A stretch of 64,000 bases of DNA. Source: an uncultured Dehalococcoidia bacterium (GTDB taxonomy: Bacteria; Chloroflexota; Dehalococcoidia; SZUA-161). This document shows, piece by piece, positions 36,946-48,527 of this stretch. The notes below the pieces were generated by a model, which was not told where the DNA came from, did no database searches, and saw nothing but the letters and a program-made list of their open reading frames with translations. Position 1 is the stretch's first letter, and each line of letters starts with the position of its first letter. The DNA lies in NCBI GenBank assembly GCA_964574685.1, contig CAZNOI010000005.1, forward strand, positions 69,875 to 133,874. The letters are read 5' to 3'. A program made the position numbers and the translations under genes.

Positions 36946-38409
36946 ATGGGCAAGAGAATCACCATCAATCCGATAACGAGGCTCGAGGGCCACGGCAAGA
37001 TCGAGGTCTTTCTCGACGACACCGGCAACGTGGAGGATGCGTACTGGCAGGTCGTCGAGCTGAGGGGTTTTGAGAGGTTCTGCGTCGGCAGACCGGCGGA
37101 GGAAATGCCACGGATAACGCCGAACATATGCGGTGTCTGTCCGACGCCGCATAACATGGCGTCGACCAAGGCGCTTGATGACCTCTACAGCGTCGAGCCG
37201 ACACCCGCGGCGAAGCTGGTGCGCAAGCTCCACTACGATGCCTTCTACATCGAGGACCACTACATCCACTTCTTCTTCCTCTCGGCTCCTGACTTCGTTT
37301 TGGGCCCGGACGCCGACCCTGCCGAGCGAAACATCCTCGGCGTCATCGGAAAGGTAGGGCTGGATATCGGCAAGAAGGTAATCGATATCCGGAAGAGGAA
37401 CAGGGACGTCATCAAGCTGATCGGGAGCAAGCCCCCGCATCCCGAAGGTGGTCTTCCCGGCGGCGTCCCGAGGGGCGTCACCGAGGAAGAGCGGAAATGG
37501 ATCAAGCAACTGGCCGATGACAACGTCGAGTTCGCCCAGTTCGCCCTCAAGCTGTTCAAGGACACCGTCGTTGCGAACAAGCAGTACCTCGACCTCGTAC
37601 TCAGCGATGCCTACAACCTCAAGACCTACTACATGGGGCTGGTCGACGACAGCAAGAAGTGGGCGATCTACGAGGGCAAGATCAGGGTCATCGATCCCCA
37701 GGGCAAGGAGTATGCCCTCTTCGACCCGCGCGAATACACCGACTACATCGGCGAGTGGGTCGAGCCCTGGACCTACATCCGGCTGACCCATCTCAGGAAG
37801 CTTGGCTGGCAGGGGCTGGTCGAGGGCGACGGCACGTCGATATACCGCGTGGCGCCACTAGCCAGGCTGAACGTCTGTGAGTCAATGCCCACGCCGCTGG
37901 CCCAGAAGGCGCATGACGAGATGTACGAGGCGCTGGGCGGGAAGCCCGCGCACAATACCCTCGCCTTCCACTGGGCGAGGCTGATAGAGTGTCTGGCCTG
38001 CGCGGAGGAGATGCAGCAGATAGCGGCTGACCCCATGCTGACGAGCAAGGACATCCGCAACATGGATTTGAAGCTGAAGAACGTCGGCATCGGATGTGTG
38101 GAAGCGGCTAGGGGCACGCTGATACACCACTACGAGACCGATGACAGGGGCCTCATCACAAAGGCTAACCTGATCGTCGCCACCCAGCATAATGCGGCGC
38201 CCATCTGCATGTCGGTGAAGAAGGCTGCGATGGGGTTCGTCAAGGGCCCCGAGGTCAAGGAAGGCCTCCTCAACATGGTGGAGATGGCTTTCCGGGCCTA
38301 TGACCCGTGTCTCGCCTGCGCGACGCACTCCCTGCCCGGCAAGATGCCCCTTGAGATCAATATCAGGGACAAGAGCGGGCAGGTCATAACGAGCGTCGAG
38401 CGACACTAG
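36946..38409 (+). CDS. mvhA: group 3c [NiFe]-hydrogenase large subunit
   Basis: ITRLEGHG, ELRGFE, L1 ICGVC, EAARG, L2 RAYDPCLACATH with a cleavable C-terminal extension. Confidence 0.93.
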   Translation: MGKRITINPITRLEGHGKIEVFLDDTGNVEDAYWQVVELRGFERFCVGRPAEEMPRITPNICGVCPTPHNMASTKALDDLYSVEPTPAAKLVRKLHYDAFYIEDHYIHFFFLSAPDFVLGPDADPAERNILGVIGKVGLDIGKKVIDIRKRNRDVIKLIGSKPPHPEGGLPGGVPRGVTEEERKWIKQLADDNVEFAQFALKLFKDTVVANKQYLDLVLSDAYNLKTYYMGLVDDSKKWAIYEGKIRVIDPQGKEYALFDPREYTDYIGEWVEPWTYIRLTHLRKLGWQGLVEGDGTSIYRVAPLARLNVCESMPTPLAQKAHDEMYEALGGKPAHNTLAFHWARLIECLACAEEMQQIAADPMLTSKDIRNMDLKLKNVGIGCVEAARGTLIHHYETDDRGLITKANLIVATQHNAAPICMSVKKAAMGFVKGPEVKEGLLNMVEMAFRAYDPCLACATHSLPGKMPLEINIRDKSGQVITSVERH

Positions 38410-38433
38410 GGCCTGTTCGATAGCGGACAAGAG

Positions 38434-38458
38434 AAGGCGGGCCGAGAGGCCCGCCTTT
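38434..38458 (+). terminator. intrinsic terminator (probably bidirectional)
   Basis: AAGGCGGGCC-GAGA-GGCCCGCCTT hairpin between convergent genes. Confidence 0.75.
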
Positions 38459-38481
38459 GCATTCCTGGACGTAGCGGCTTC

Positions 38482-39213
38482 CTAGCCCGACTGCACCCGC
38501 CTCGCCAGTATGACCGTGATGTTGTCGGGCCCGCCCTTTTCGTTAGCCATATCGACCAGCTTCGAGCACGCTGATTCCAGACTCTCAGCGCCGACTACCG
38601 CCTCGAAGATCTCGCTGTCTCTGAGGGCGTCGGTCAGCCCGTCGGAGCATAGAAGCAGCGTGTTCTCCCCGATGTCGACATCGTAGATGTCGGCTGAGAC
38701 CGATTCCTCCAGCCCCAGCGTGCGAGTCACGATGTTCTTCTGTGGATGGTCGAACGCCTGCTCTGTGGTTATGGCGCCACTGTCCACATACTCCTGCACC
38801 AGGGAGTGGTCACGGGTCAACTGAGTGATGTCCCTGCCGATCAGATACGCTCTGCTGTCGCCAACGTTGGCGACAAGGGCATCCCTGCCGTCGCACAGCA
38901 GGGCTGCCACGAGCGTACTGCCCATGCCGAAGTAAGAAGGGTTCTCACTTGAGAGAAGTAGTATCTCCCTGTTGGCCCTGCACGTCGCGTCTGTGAGTAC
39001 CTGACGCTCTCGCTTCGACGTGATGTTCGCTTTGACGTATTGCTCGAGTTCGGTAGTGGCGAGCCTGCTGGCAACCTCACCGGCCGCGTGACCACCCAGC
39101 CCGTCGGCCACCGCCAGCAACTCGCACCCTTTGACCGTCGTCACAAGCAGGCTGTCCTCGTTGCGGGACCTCATCCTGCCAACGTCGGTGCGCGAGCATA
39201 TCTCGAAAGCCAT
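38482..39213 (-). CDS. PP2C-family Ser/Thr protein phosphatase (Stp1/PrpC-like)
   Basis: RNED, VADGLGGH, NVGDSRAY, DHS, CSDGL and GGPDNIT motifs. Confidence 0.95.
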   Translation of the reverse strand: MAFEICSRTDVGRMRSRNEDSLLVTTVKGCELLAVADGLGGHAAGEVASRLATTELEQYVKANITSKRERQVLTDATCRANREILLLSSENPSYFGMGSTLVAALLCDGRDALVANVGDSRAYLIGRDITQLTRDHSLVQEYVDSGAITTEQAFDHPQKNIVTRTLGLEESVSADIYDVDIGENTLLLCSDGLTDALRDSEIFEAVVGAESLESACSKLVDMANEKGGPDNITVILARRVQSG

Positions 39214-39317
39214 CCCGGAAGCGCCTCGCTGCGTCACAAATCTGCAGTCACTGGAGTGGTGTTGACCGGCCAGGCGGAGCTGTGCGAGACCGGAACCGTG
39301 GAGAGCGAGTCAGCATA

Positions 39318-40148
39318 TCACCCACGTTGACTGAGCAGGCTGTTCATGGCGGTGACGAGTTTCTCGCTGTCCTCCTGGCTTATCATCAGGTTGCTCTCCA
39401 ATCGTTGCACGCTCTCCCTCAGGTCCGGTGCATTGGCCAGGAACTGCTCTATGCGCTCGTTCTGCGTTCTGGCCTGTGCATCGAGGTCGGAGAGGTCGAT
39501 GTCGAGTTCGAATCTGCTGTTCAGGAACTCCAGGGCCTTCTTCCAGGCGCTCGGGTCCTCACTGCCCACCATGTAGAAAGGTACCGGCACCCAGAGCCCC
39601 GCTGCGGCCAGGCCGCGCGCCTTGGCCAGCCAGAGCAGGAATGAGTTGAGGGTGGGCCTCTGGCCGTCCGGCGTCTCGTAGTCGATATCCCGTGTGATGC
39701 CGTATTGCTCCAGCATCTCCTTGGCCTCGTCGGAAGCCGCTACAGCGAGAAGCTGCCTGGGTGTGGTGTGCGCGGTCATGGAGACCATGCCGCCCATCGT
39801 ATAGAGCTCCCGGGCGCGAAATTGCCCCGTTAACGCGTCGAGGACTGCGTTCAGGAACTCGTACCAGTTGGAGGCGGGGGCGTCGCTCGTGAAGACCACC
39901 ACTCCCATGTCCGCCGCATAGTAGAACTTGCTTTCGGGGAACTCGGCCACGTCGTCTTCAACGCTGACGCCGCCCAGAGGAAAGAAATCGACCAGCTCGA
40001 TCTCGCCGGCCTCCCTGGCGTCGAGCTTGCCGATAAGCTGGTCGGCGATGCGGCGGCCCATCTTACCGGCGTCGTCAGCCCAGCATGCCACCGCGCATCG
40101 CGCCCCCCCGGGCGCTTCACCTTTCATACGAAGATGCCCGGTGTTCAT
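39318..40148 (-). CDS. PAC2 (proteasome assembly chaperone) family protein
   Basis: FPESKFY, LYTMGG, HTTPR, LNSFLL and WVPVPFY; paralogous to the next gene. Confidence 0.8.
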   Translation of the reverse strand: MNTGHLRMKGEAPGGARCAVACWADDAGKMGRRIADQLIGKLDAREAGEIELVDFFPLGGVSVEDDVAEFPESKFYYAADMGVVVFTSDAPASNWYEFLNAVLDALTGQFRARELYTMGGMVSMTAHTTPRQLLAVAASDEAKEMLEQYGITRDIDYETPDGQRPTLNSFLLWLAKARGLAAAGLWVPVPFYMVGSEDPSAWKKALEFLNSRFELDIDLSDLDAQARTQNERIEQFLANAPDLRESVQRLESNLMISQEDSEKLVTAMNSLLSQRG

Positions 40149-40151
40149 CGA

Positions 40152-41069
40152 CTAGTCTTCCCTGTCCTCTCTCCTGAACATCTTGTCGATATCGTCCATG
40201 ATCCGCTTCTTGTCTTCCTCGGTAATCGGCCCCGGCTCGGGAGTCTCAGCCTCGCGGAGCTTCTCGATCTGCTCCTTTATCTGGTCCGGGAACACGTTGT
40301 ACAGCTTCTCGATCTCCATCTCGCTGGCCTCGACGATAGTCGATATGCCGGACATGTCAATGTCCAGCGACAGTATCCGGGACAGCGCCTCGACGACCGA
40401 TCTGGACGCCTTGGGGTATGGGAAAGGCAGGCCCTGCAGGTATATCGGTATCTCGCCCATAAGGCATACGGCATCCATGGATCGCTTCCTTGCCACGCCG
40501 AGGAGGAGGCCGTTAAGTCCGGTGATGCTTCCCTGACCGTCCCTGCCTTCGATATCGGACATGAGGATGGTGTTCTCCCAAGCCTTCACCTCCTCCACCA
40601 GCGATTCGCTGTTCGGCACGGCCCATATCTTGGGCGTCGCCGTGTGATGGATGGCGGCTACCGCCGCTCCGGAGGTGTAAATCCTGCGGCATCCGAAGCG
40701 TTCGGCCACATCCAGCACCAGATTGGCCATTATGTACGCCTTCTCCCCGGCGGCATAGTGCCTGCCGCCGGCGCTGGGCTGCTCCTCGCCCAGGAACATA
40801 ATCAGGTCCCTGTTGTTGAGCTTCTTGTAGTAGAACCTGCTGGAAGGGAAGTCGAGGTGATCGAGCACGCCCTGCCTGATGTAGACCTTGCTGGGATAGA
40901 AGAAGCCCTTTGGATCGATCTCGCCCAGCTCCTCGGCGTCGAGGGCCGACCTGAGCGTGTCGACCGCGATAGTGCCGATGCTGCCTATGCCGGGCCAACT
41001 CGCGATGAGCACCGGCTCCCGGAGTTCCGGCGATGCGTACAGCGTTACCCCTGTCAGTTCTTCCTGCAT
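40152..41069 (-). CDS. PAC2 (proteasome assembly chaperone) family protein
   Basis: WPGIGSIG, GEEQP, IYTSGA, GSITGLNGLLLG, CLMGE and PKAS motifs. Confidence 0.88.
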   Translation of the reverse strand: MQEELTGVTLYASPELREPVLIASWPGIGSIGTIAVDTLRSALDAEELGEIDPKGFFYPSKVYIRQGVLDHLDFPSSRFYYKKLNNRDLIMFLGEEQPSAGGRHYAAGEKAYIMANLVLDVAERFGCRRIYTSGAAVAAIHHTATPKIWAVPNSESLVEEVKAWENTILMSDIEGRDGQGSITGLNGLLLGVARKRSMDAVCLMGEIPIYLQGLPFPYPKASRSVVEALSRILSLDIDMSGISTIVEASEMEIEKLYNVFPDQIKEQIEKLREAETPEPGPITEEDKKRIMDDIDKMFRREDRED

Positions 41070-41191
41070 AAGCGAGACTCTTCCGGTGGGGGATATGCCG
41101 GAGATCGCCTATATTCTAAGCGCATGGGGTAGCGGATGTCTAATCCGCTACGAGTGTGGCGACGGAGACATACAGCCTAATCCGGCAGGTT

Positions 41192-41890
41192 CTAAGGTAG
41201 CTCCTTGAACCGGTATCCCAGACCACGTTCGCTGAGGATGTACTCGGGGTTCCTGGGGTCCTTCTCGATCTTCTGCCTCAGGTAGGTGACGTACAGTCGC
41301 ACGTAGTGGTCCTCGTCCCTGTACTCGGGCCCCCACACCTTGGATAGCAGGGTACCGTGCGTGAGCAGCTTCCCGGCGTTGGACACAAGATGCTTCAGCA
41401 GCCTGTACTCGGTCGGCCTCAGCTTGAACTCCCGGCCTCCGGCCATCACTTTGCGCTGCTCGAAGTCAATGTGCAGGTAGTCATCGACGTCGATAACCGA
41501 CCGCTCCGCCGGCACCGACACTCTTGCCCGCCTAAGCACGGCCTTGATTCTGGAGACCAGCTCCCTCGGGCTGAACGGCTTGGTCAGGTAGTCGTCGGCG
41601 CCGAGGTCAAGTCCCTTGACGCGGTCCTCCTCCTCGCTCTTCACGCTAAGGAAGATGACCGGCACCGGCGATGACTGACGTATCTTCTCCAGCGTCTCGT
41701 AGCCGTCCATTTCGGGCATCATGATGTCCAGCACGACCAAGTCGGGTGATTCCTTCACCACGGTCTCCACCGCTTCCTGCCCGCTCGAAGCTTCGAGGAC
41801 GCGGAAGCCCTCCAGCTCCAGATTCATGGCGATGAAGCGCACCATTCTCGGCTCGTCATCGACCACCAGTACTGTTGTGTCGGGAGCCAT
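41192..41890 (-). CDS. OmpR/KdpE-family response regulator
   Basis: VVDDE, LDIMMP, GADDYLTKPF and a winged helix ending RGLGYRF. Confidence 0.95.
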   Translation of the reverse strand: MAPDTTVLVVDDEPRMVRFIAMNLELEGFRVLEASSGQEAVETVVKESPDLVVLDIMMPEMDGYETLEKIRQSSPVPVIFLSVKSEEEDRVKGLDLGADDYLTKPFSPRELVSRIKAVLRRARVSVPAERSVIDVDDYLHIDFEQRKVMAGGREFKLRPTEYRLLKHLVSNAGKLLTHGTLLSKVWGPEYRDEDHYVRLYVTYLRQKIEKDPRNPEYILSERGLGYRFKELP

Positions 41891-41898
41891 TTCTCCGC

Positions 41899-43464
41899 CT
41901 ATTCCTCTGTCTCTTCGTCGGCTGCAGGCTTCCCGATCGGCAGCGTGAAGGTGAACTGGGAGCCCTTGCCCAGCTCGCTCTCAACCCAGATATCGCCGCC
42001 GTGGGCCTCGATAATGTACTTGCATATGAACAGCCCCAGCCCGATTCCCCTGACAGCCTGGACGGTGTCGCTGTCCACGCGATGGAACCGCTCGAATATG
42101 CTGTCGAGTTCCCTCCTTGGTATCCCGATGCCGGTGTCCGCTACGCCTACGGCGACGGCGCCGTCCCGCGGTGCAGCGATCACGGTTATGACGCCTCCAT
42201 CCGGCGAGTACTTGACGGCGTTGTCGATGAGATTCCCCAGCACCTCCTCCATGAGGTCGGCATCCGCGTTGACGACGGGCGTGTTCCTCTCCACCTGTAC
42301 TGCCAGTTCGTGGCGGTCGCTCAAGCCCTGGAACCGCCGTGCCACCTTGTTCAGCAGGCTCCTGACGTTCAGCGGCTCCCTGTTCGGCGACAGAGTACCG
42401 GACTCGATTCGTGAAGCGAGCAGGAGCCTCTTGACGATCCTGCTTAGCCGGTCGCACTCGTCCTCTATGACCTGCAGGCCCTGCCGCATGGTGGCCTCGT
42501 CCCACTTCCCGTCGCTCCTGGACAGGGTGCTGGTGTAGCCCTTCATGATCGAGATGGGCGTTTGAAGCTGATGACCGAGCATTGACAGGAAGGTGGACCT
42601 CAGGTTCTCGACCTCGCGCTGCCTCGTGATATCGCGGACGTTCACCACCGCGTTGAGAGGCCGTCCGTCAGGGGCCCGCATGATGGAGTAGACCATCTCA
42701 ACATCCACCTGCTGGCCGTCCTTCGTTGCGATAGTGCCCTGAAGATGGACTGTCGGCTGAGGCCTGGCGGGTATCACGCGCATCGGGCAACGCTCGCCGC
42801 ACACCTCGTTCCCGCTCCAATCCCGGAAGTCGAGCACCCTTGAGCAGACTCTGCCTGTCACCTCTTCCCTGGAGTAGCCGGCGAGCTGCTCCATAGCGGA
42901 GTTGAAGCCCGTGATCCGCCGTTCCGAGTCGATGGCCATAATGCCGTCGGCGCTGCCCTCCAGTATGGATTCCAGCCTCTCCTTCTCGGCGGTCATTATG
43001 CCGGCAAGGCGTGCGTTGTGGACCGCTATGGCGGCCTGCTCGGCGAAGACATTCAGAATGGTCTGGTCACCCCTTGCGAAATCGCCGGCGTGAGGAGGGC
43101 GAAGGATGCAGATCAGCCCGACGGAGGTGCTGCCTACGCGGAGGGGGACGGCAATGATGGCATCCTGCGTATCTCCGGACTCCGAGGTCGGCAGAGGTGC
43201 CCCGGCTTGGAGACGGGACAGCGAGTCAAAGCTCTCGCTGCTGGCCGCGAGGTCGGGAATGGCCTCCTGCAGCAGGGGCCTGATGCGTTCCAGGGATTCC
43301 TCGCTGAGGTCGTAAGTCGCAGTTATCTCGAAGCTGCGCTTCAGGTTCTCCCAGGTCGCGACTATACCTGTGGTACCGCTTGTCGCACGTGCCGCGTTCC
43401 TCAGTATGAGGTCCAGGGCTACGCGCAGGTCGTAGCGCTCGAAGGATGGCTCGCCTTTACTCAA
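41899..43464 (-). CDS. cytoplasmic GAF-PAS sensor histidine kinase (start uncertain; ORF is open to 43539)
   Basis: GAF ([13 protein letters not shown]), PAS, H-box [26 protein letters not shown]; no TM helices evident. Confidence 0.9.
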   Translation of the reverse strand: MSKGEPSFERYDLRVALDLILRNAARATSGTTGIVATWENLKRSFEITATYDLSEESLERIRPLLQEAIPDLAASSESFDSLSRLQAGAPLPTSESGDTQDAIIAVPLRVGSTSVGLICILRPPHAGDFARGDQTILNVFAEQAAIAVHNARLAGIMTAEKERLESILEGSADGIMAIDSERRITGFNSAMEQLAGYSREEVTGRVCSRVLDFRDWSGNEVCGERCPMRVIPARPQPTVHLQGTIATKDGQQVDVEMVYSIMRAPDGRPLNAVVNVRDITRQREVENLRSTFLSMLGHQLQTPISIMKGYTSTLSRSDGKWDEATMRQGLQVIEDECDRLSRIVKRLLLASRIESGTLSPNREPLNVRSLLNKVARRFQGLSDRHELAVQVERNTPVVNADADLMEEVLGNLIDNAVKYSPDGGVITVIAAPRDGAVAVGVADTGIGIPRRELDSIFERFHRVDSDTVQAVRGIGLGLFICKYIIEAHGGDIWVESELGKGSQFTFTLPIGKPAADEETEE

Positions 43465-43596
43465 CTCGCTTCGCTGGCTCCGTGTCGTCGAACCGATTTC
43501 TAATGCAATTCTAGCATTTCTCAAGTGTTCTTCTAACACAAGGTTGCGTACATTTCAATCTGGGATAGTTGCCCGAAGAAACTCAGGAGGAGCCAG

Positions 43597-43902
43597 ATGG
43601 CAAAGGCCAAAGCCGCCGTGAAGCTGCAACCGCTCGGTGACCGGATAGTGGTCCGGGCCATCGAGAAGGAGGAGGTCACCAAGGGGGGCATAGTGCTGCC
43701 GGATACGGCCAAGGAGAAGCCGCAGGAGGGCGAGGTGCTGGCCGTGGGGCCGGGCAAGCTCACCGACGAGGGGAAGAGGCTCGAGATGGAAGTCAAGGTG
43801 GGCGATAAGGTCATATATGCGAAGTACGCCGGTACAGAAGTCAAGATCGATGATGAGGAGTATCTGATTCTGAGAGAGAGCGACATCCTGGCCAAGAGCT
43901 AG
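43597..43902 (+). CDS. groES: co-chaperonin GroES
   Basis: [28 protein letters not shown] and ILRESDILA motifs. Confidence 0.98.
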   Translation: MAKAKAAVKLQPLGDRIVVRAIEKEEVTKGGIVLPDTAKEKPQEGEVLAVGPGKLTDEGKRLEMEVKVGDKVIYAKYAGTEVKIDDEEYLILRESDILAKS

Positions 43903-43927
43903 GCTCAGATATCAGTACAGGAGGTAA

Positions 43928-45553
<1,626 letters not shown>

Positions 45554-45562
45554 GGGGCAAAG

Positions 45563-45742
45563 GTGGACCGCAAGCGCTGCCCCAGGTGCGGGGGAAGGGT
45601 TCTGTTGAACAGGGACTACCACGGATGGTATGAGGAGTGTCTCCAGTGTGGTCACATGCACGACCTGAAGGTGCTGGCAAGACCTCGGCATAGTGCCGTA
45701 GAGAGGAAGAGAGAAGTCCGTAGCGCCGGCATCGGGAGCTAG
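45563..45742 (+). CDS. small zinc-ribbon protein (59 aa, not in ORF track)
   Basis: Manual translation MDRKRCPRCGGRVLLNRDYHGWYEECLQCGHMHDLK...; paired CxxC motifs; starts 9 nt after the groEL stop. Confidence 0.75.
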   Translation: MDRKRCPRCGGRVLLNRDYHGWYEECLQCGHMHDLKVLARPRHSAVERKREVRSAGIGS

Positions 45743-45772
45743 GCTCTCAAAAACCGTGACAGGAGGTGCGAG

Positions 45773-46240
45773 ATGACAATGATGCGCTGGGAACCGTTCA
45801 GGGACATGATGAGCCTCAGGAACGCGATGGACAGGCTGTTTGACGAGAGCTACGTGAGGCCTGCAAGGGTCTGGGGCGAGGAGGGAGCCGCGCCGCTGCC
45901 TCTCGATGTCTACCAGACGGACGGAGAGATAGTGGTGAAGGCAACCGTTCCGGGAGTCAAGCCAGACGAGGTGGATATCACGATTACCGGTGATACCCTG
46001 ACCATCAAGGGAGAGCACAAGGAAGAGCAGGAAGTGAAGGAAGAGAACTACATCCGCAAGGAGCGGCGCTACGGGACCTTTGCGCGGAGCATGATCATAC
46101 CCGTCTCCGTGCAGAGCGACAAGGCCGAAGCCGCCTTCGAGAACGGCGTCCTGACCCTCACGCTGCCGAAGGCCGAGGAGATCAAGCCCAAGCAGATAAA
46201 GGTCCAGCCCAAGGCTCAAATCGAAGGCCAGAAGAAGTGA
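45773..46240 (+). CDS. small heat shock protein Hsp20
   Basis: WEPFRDM, LDVYQT, ERRYGTFAR and FENGVLTLTLPK motifs. Confidence 0.96.
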   Translation: MTMMRWEPFRDMMSLRNAMDRLFDESYVRPARVWGEEGAAPLPLDVYQTDGEIVVKATVPGVKPDEVDITITGDTLTIKGEHKEEQEVKEENYIRKERRYGTFARSMIIPVSVQSDKAEAAFENGVLTLTLPKAEEIKPKQIKVQPKAQIEGQKK

Positions 46241-46384
46241 GCACGTAGAGGTCTGCACGGCGGTCGGGGGCGACGATGAGGGGGGAGGCATGTGGGTCGC
46301 CCGCCGACCGCCCGCCAGCTCTTTGGGGCGGGGCTTCGGATCGAGATGCTGCGGGATGACAATGGAGGGACAGGGGAAGAGGAG

Positions 46385-46564
46385 ATGCGTTCCGGGACCA
46401 CAGGACGACCGGTGGGAAGGGTGCACAAGCTGTCGTATGTGCTTCCCTCAGGTCGTCTGCTAAAGGTCCACCTGGGAGAGGACGACGGGATCAGATGCAT
46501 GTCCGCGTTGTGTCACCTGGGGCTCGATCTCTACGCTGCCGGAGCGGAAGACAGGAGTGAGTGA
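46385..46564 (+). CDS. small hypothetical protein (59 aa)
   Basis: RBS GAGGAG before ATG; stop overlaps the next start (TGATG). Confidence 0.4.
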   Translation: MRSGTTGRPVGRVHKLSYVLPSGRLLKVHLGEDDGIRCMSALCHLGLDLYAAGAEDRSE

Positions 46565-46842
46565 TGCCGCTGTATGATTATGAGTGTGTGAAGTGTGGCC
46601 ATGGGTTCGAGCTGCGAAAGAGCTTCGATGAGAGCCCGGAGGCCGCCTGTCCCAGATGCGAGGGTGAGACCAGGCGCCTCTTCTCGCCGGTGCCCATAGT
46701 CTTCAAGGGCTCGGGCTTCTATGTAACTGACTCGCGACGCAATGGGAATGGCAAGGGCCGGGGCGAGAGCATCCCCGGGGAGGACTCGGGCACGCAGAAG
46801 GAGACGTCCTCGGCTTCGGAGAAGGAGTCCACGGCGGCCTGA
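46564..46842 (+). CDS. FmdB-family zinc-ribbon protein
   Basis: MPLYDYECVKCGH.FE...CPRC...FKGSGFYVTDS. Confidence 0.92.
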   Translation: MPLYDYECVKCGHGFELRKSFDESPEAACPRCEGETRRLFSPVPIVFKGSGFYVTDSRRNGNGKGRGESIPGEDSGTQKETSSASEKESTAA

Positions 46843-46906
46843 GCCGCTAAGTGAGAGGCACCCATGATGCCCGGCAGGCGGGCCCTAACAGCCTGCAAAC
46901 GATGGA

Positions 46907-46931
46907 AGGGGCAGGTTGAACTGCCCCTCTT
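46907..46931 (+). terminator. possible intrinsic terminator or hairpin before dnaJ
   Basis: AGGGGCAG-GTTGAA-CTGCCCCT followed by CTT. Confidence 0.5.
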
Positions 46932-46973
46932 GCTGTCCGGCGGTCGAGCCCCTTAGACTAGTCAGGAACGGAG

Positions 46974-48077
46974 ATGGCGAAGAGAGATTACTACGAGGTC
47001 CTCCAGGTCGAGCGGAGCGTTGATGCTGCCGCAATCAAGCGTGCTTACCGCAACCTCGCGATGCAGTACCATCCGGACCGCAATCCGGATGACGCTGAGG
47101 CTGCTGAGAAGATGAAGGAGGTCAACGAGGCCTACGCTGTGCTTAGCGACCCGAAGAAGCGGAGGCTCTACGACACGTACGGACATGCCGGACTGGAGGG
47201 GTTATCTCAGGAGGACATCTTTGGGGGTGTGGATTTCGCCGGCATCTTTCGCGAGTTCGGCCTTGGGGACATCTTCGGGTTCGGTAGCGGAGGTGGCGGC
47301 ATATTCGACGGCCTCTTCGGGCGACGCGGTGGCGCGAGACGCGGTCCCACGAAGGGGGCTGATCTCAGGTATAACCTGTCGCTGACGCTGGAGGAGGCGG
47401 CCTCCGGCGTCGAGAGGACCATCGAACTGCCCAGAGCGGCGGCCTGTCTGGCCTGCGGCGGCAAGGGTGCAACGGCGGATAACCTTGAGACCTGCGCGAC
47501 GTGCGGCGGGTCCGGACAGATCGTCAGGGAGCAGCGCTCGGGCAACACGGTGATGCGCCAGATTACCGTATGCGGCGACTGCCGGGGCAGGGGTCAGACA
47601 GTCAAGGAGCCCTGTCCCGAATGCGAGGGCGAGGGATACGTCGAGCACGTCGAGGAGATGAAGGTCACGGTCCCGCCCGGTGCCGATACCGGGTTCCATG
47701 TGAGGATCGAGGGCGCGGGTGAGAAGCAGGGAGACCTTCCCGGCGATCTCTACGTGGTGGTGAATGTGGAGAGGCACCCCGTCTTCGAGAGGCACGGCGA
47801 CGACCTGTACCTGCAGCACGATATCGAGTTAACCACGGCGGCGCTCGGCGGTGAGATCGAGGTGCCCGGCCTCGACGGCGGCCTGACGCTGGAGATACCG
47901 GAGGGCACCCAGACGGGGAGCGTGTTAAGGATCGCGGAGGAGGGAATGCCGCGTCTCAACGGCTACGGCAGGGGCGACGAGTACGTCGTGGTCAGGGTGA
48001 CCACGCCTACGAACCTCAACCGCAAGGAGAAGCAGCTACTCAAGGAGTTCGAGAAGCTGCGCCGCAAGGAGCCGTAG
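46974..48077 (+). CDS. dnaJ: molecular chaperone DnaJ
   Basis: [13 protein letters not shown]-rich linker and four CxxCxGxG repeats. Confidence 0.97.
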   Translation: MAKRDYYEVLQVERSVDAAAIKRAYRNLAMQYHPDRNPDDAEAAEKMKEVNEAYAVLSDPKKRRLYDTYGHAGLEGLSQEDIFGGVDFAGIFREFGLGDIFGFGSGGGGIFDGLFGRRGGARRGPTKGADLRYNLSLTLEEAASGVERTIELPRAAACLACGGKGATADNLETCATCGGSGQIVREQRSGNTVMRQITVCGDCRGRGQTVKEPCPECEGEGYVEHVEEMKVTVPPGADTGFHVRIEGAGEKQGDLPGDLYVVVNVERHPVFERHGDDLYLQHDIELTTAALGGEIEVPGLDGGLTLEIPEGTQTGSVLRIAEEGMPRLNGYGRGDEYVVVRVTTPTNLNRKEKQLLKEFEKLRRKEP

Positions 48078-48527
48078 GGCGGCCGGGGAGCACGGGGGCA
48101 TCCGCTCCCGCGTCGCTGCAGCCGGCAGGGTGCATGGATCGCAGCGGGATGCACCACGGCCCAAGCGGGGCAGTCAGCCTCGAATGATTGACGTTGGGGT
48201 AGGGCACATGTAGGGGCGCATGGCACTGCCGCGTTCGGCTTCATATCGAAACGCAAGGATACCCTGTGCTAACATGTCTCAGCGCGCCGTCGGACAACGG
48301 GACTGTGGTCAAGCTCACCCGCAAGTATCAGGAGGAAGATCTCCCTAGGGCTGGGCCAGACAGTGAGAAGCAAGGAGGAGATCCTGAGTTGGTGAGCGCC
48401 AAAGACGAGTGCGACCGTGAAAGCGGCATTTCTGTATTGTGTGACTGCACGGCTGATAGGTACTATGTCCTGCTCTCCCTAGAACCTGACTGGAGAGACA
48501 GGCTCACTCCTTGGTAGGGAGGAGTCC

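Noticed and set aside
35500-38409. Selenocysteine in MvhD or MvhA, or a split MvhU subunit
   Set aside because: All ligand positions are Cys codons, and the L2 motif lies within MvhA.
43505-43540. Possible CIRCE element upstream of groES (CTAGCA...CTAA)
   Set aside because: Does not match TTAGCACTC-N9-GAGTGCTAA; the right arm is absent.
46260-46310. GC-rich hairpin after hsp20 as an ncRNA or REP element
   Set aside because: Single copy with no family features; likely an mRNA stability hairpin.
48266-48517. Short ORF upstream of the P-type ATPase
   Set aside because: Start is ambiguous and there is no recognisable motif; cannot be supported.
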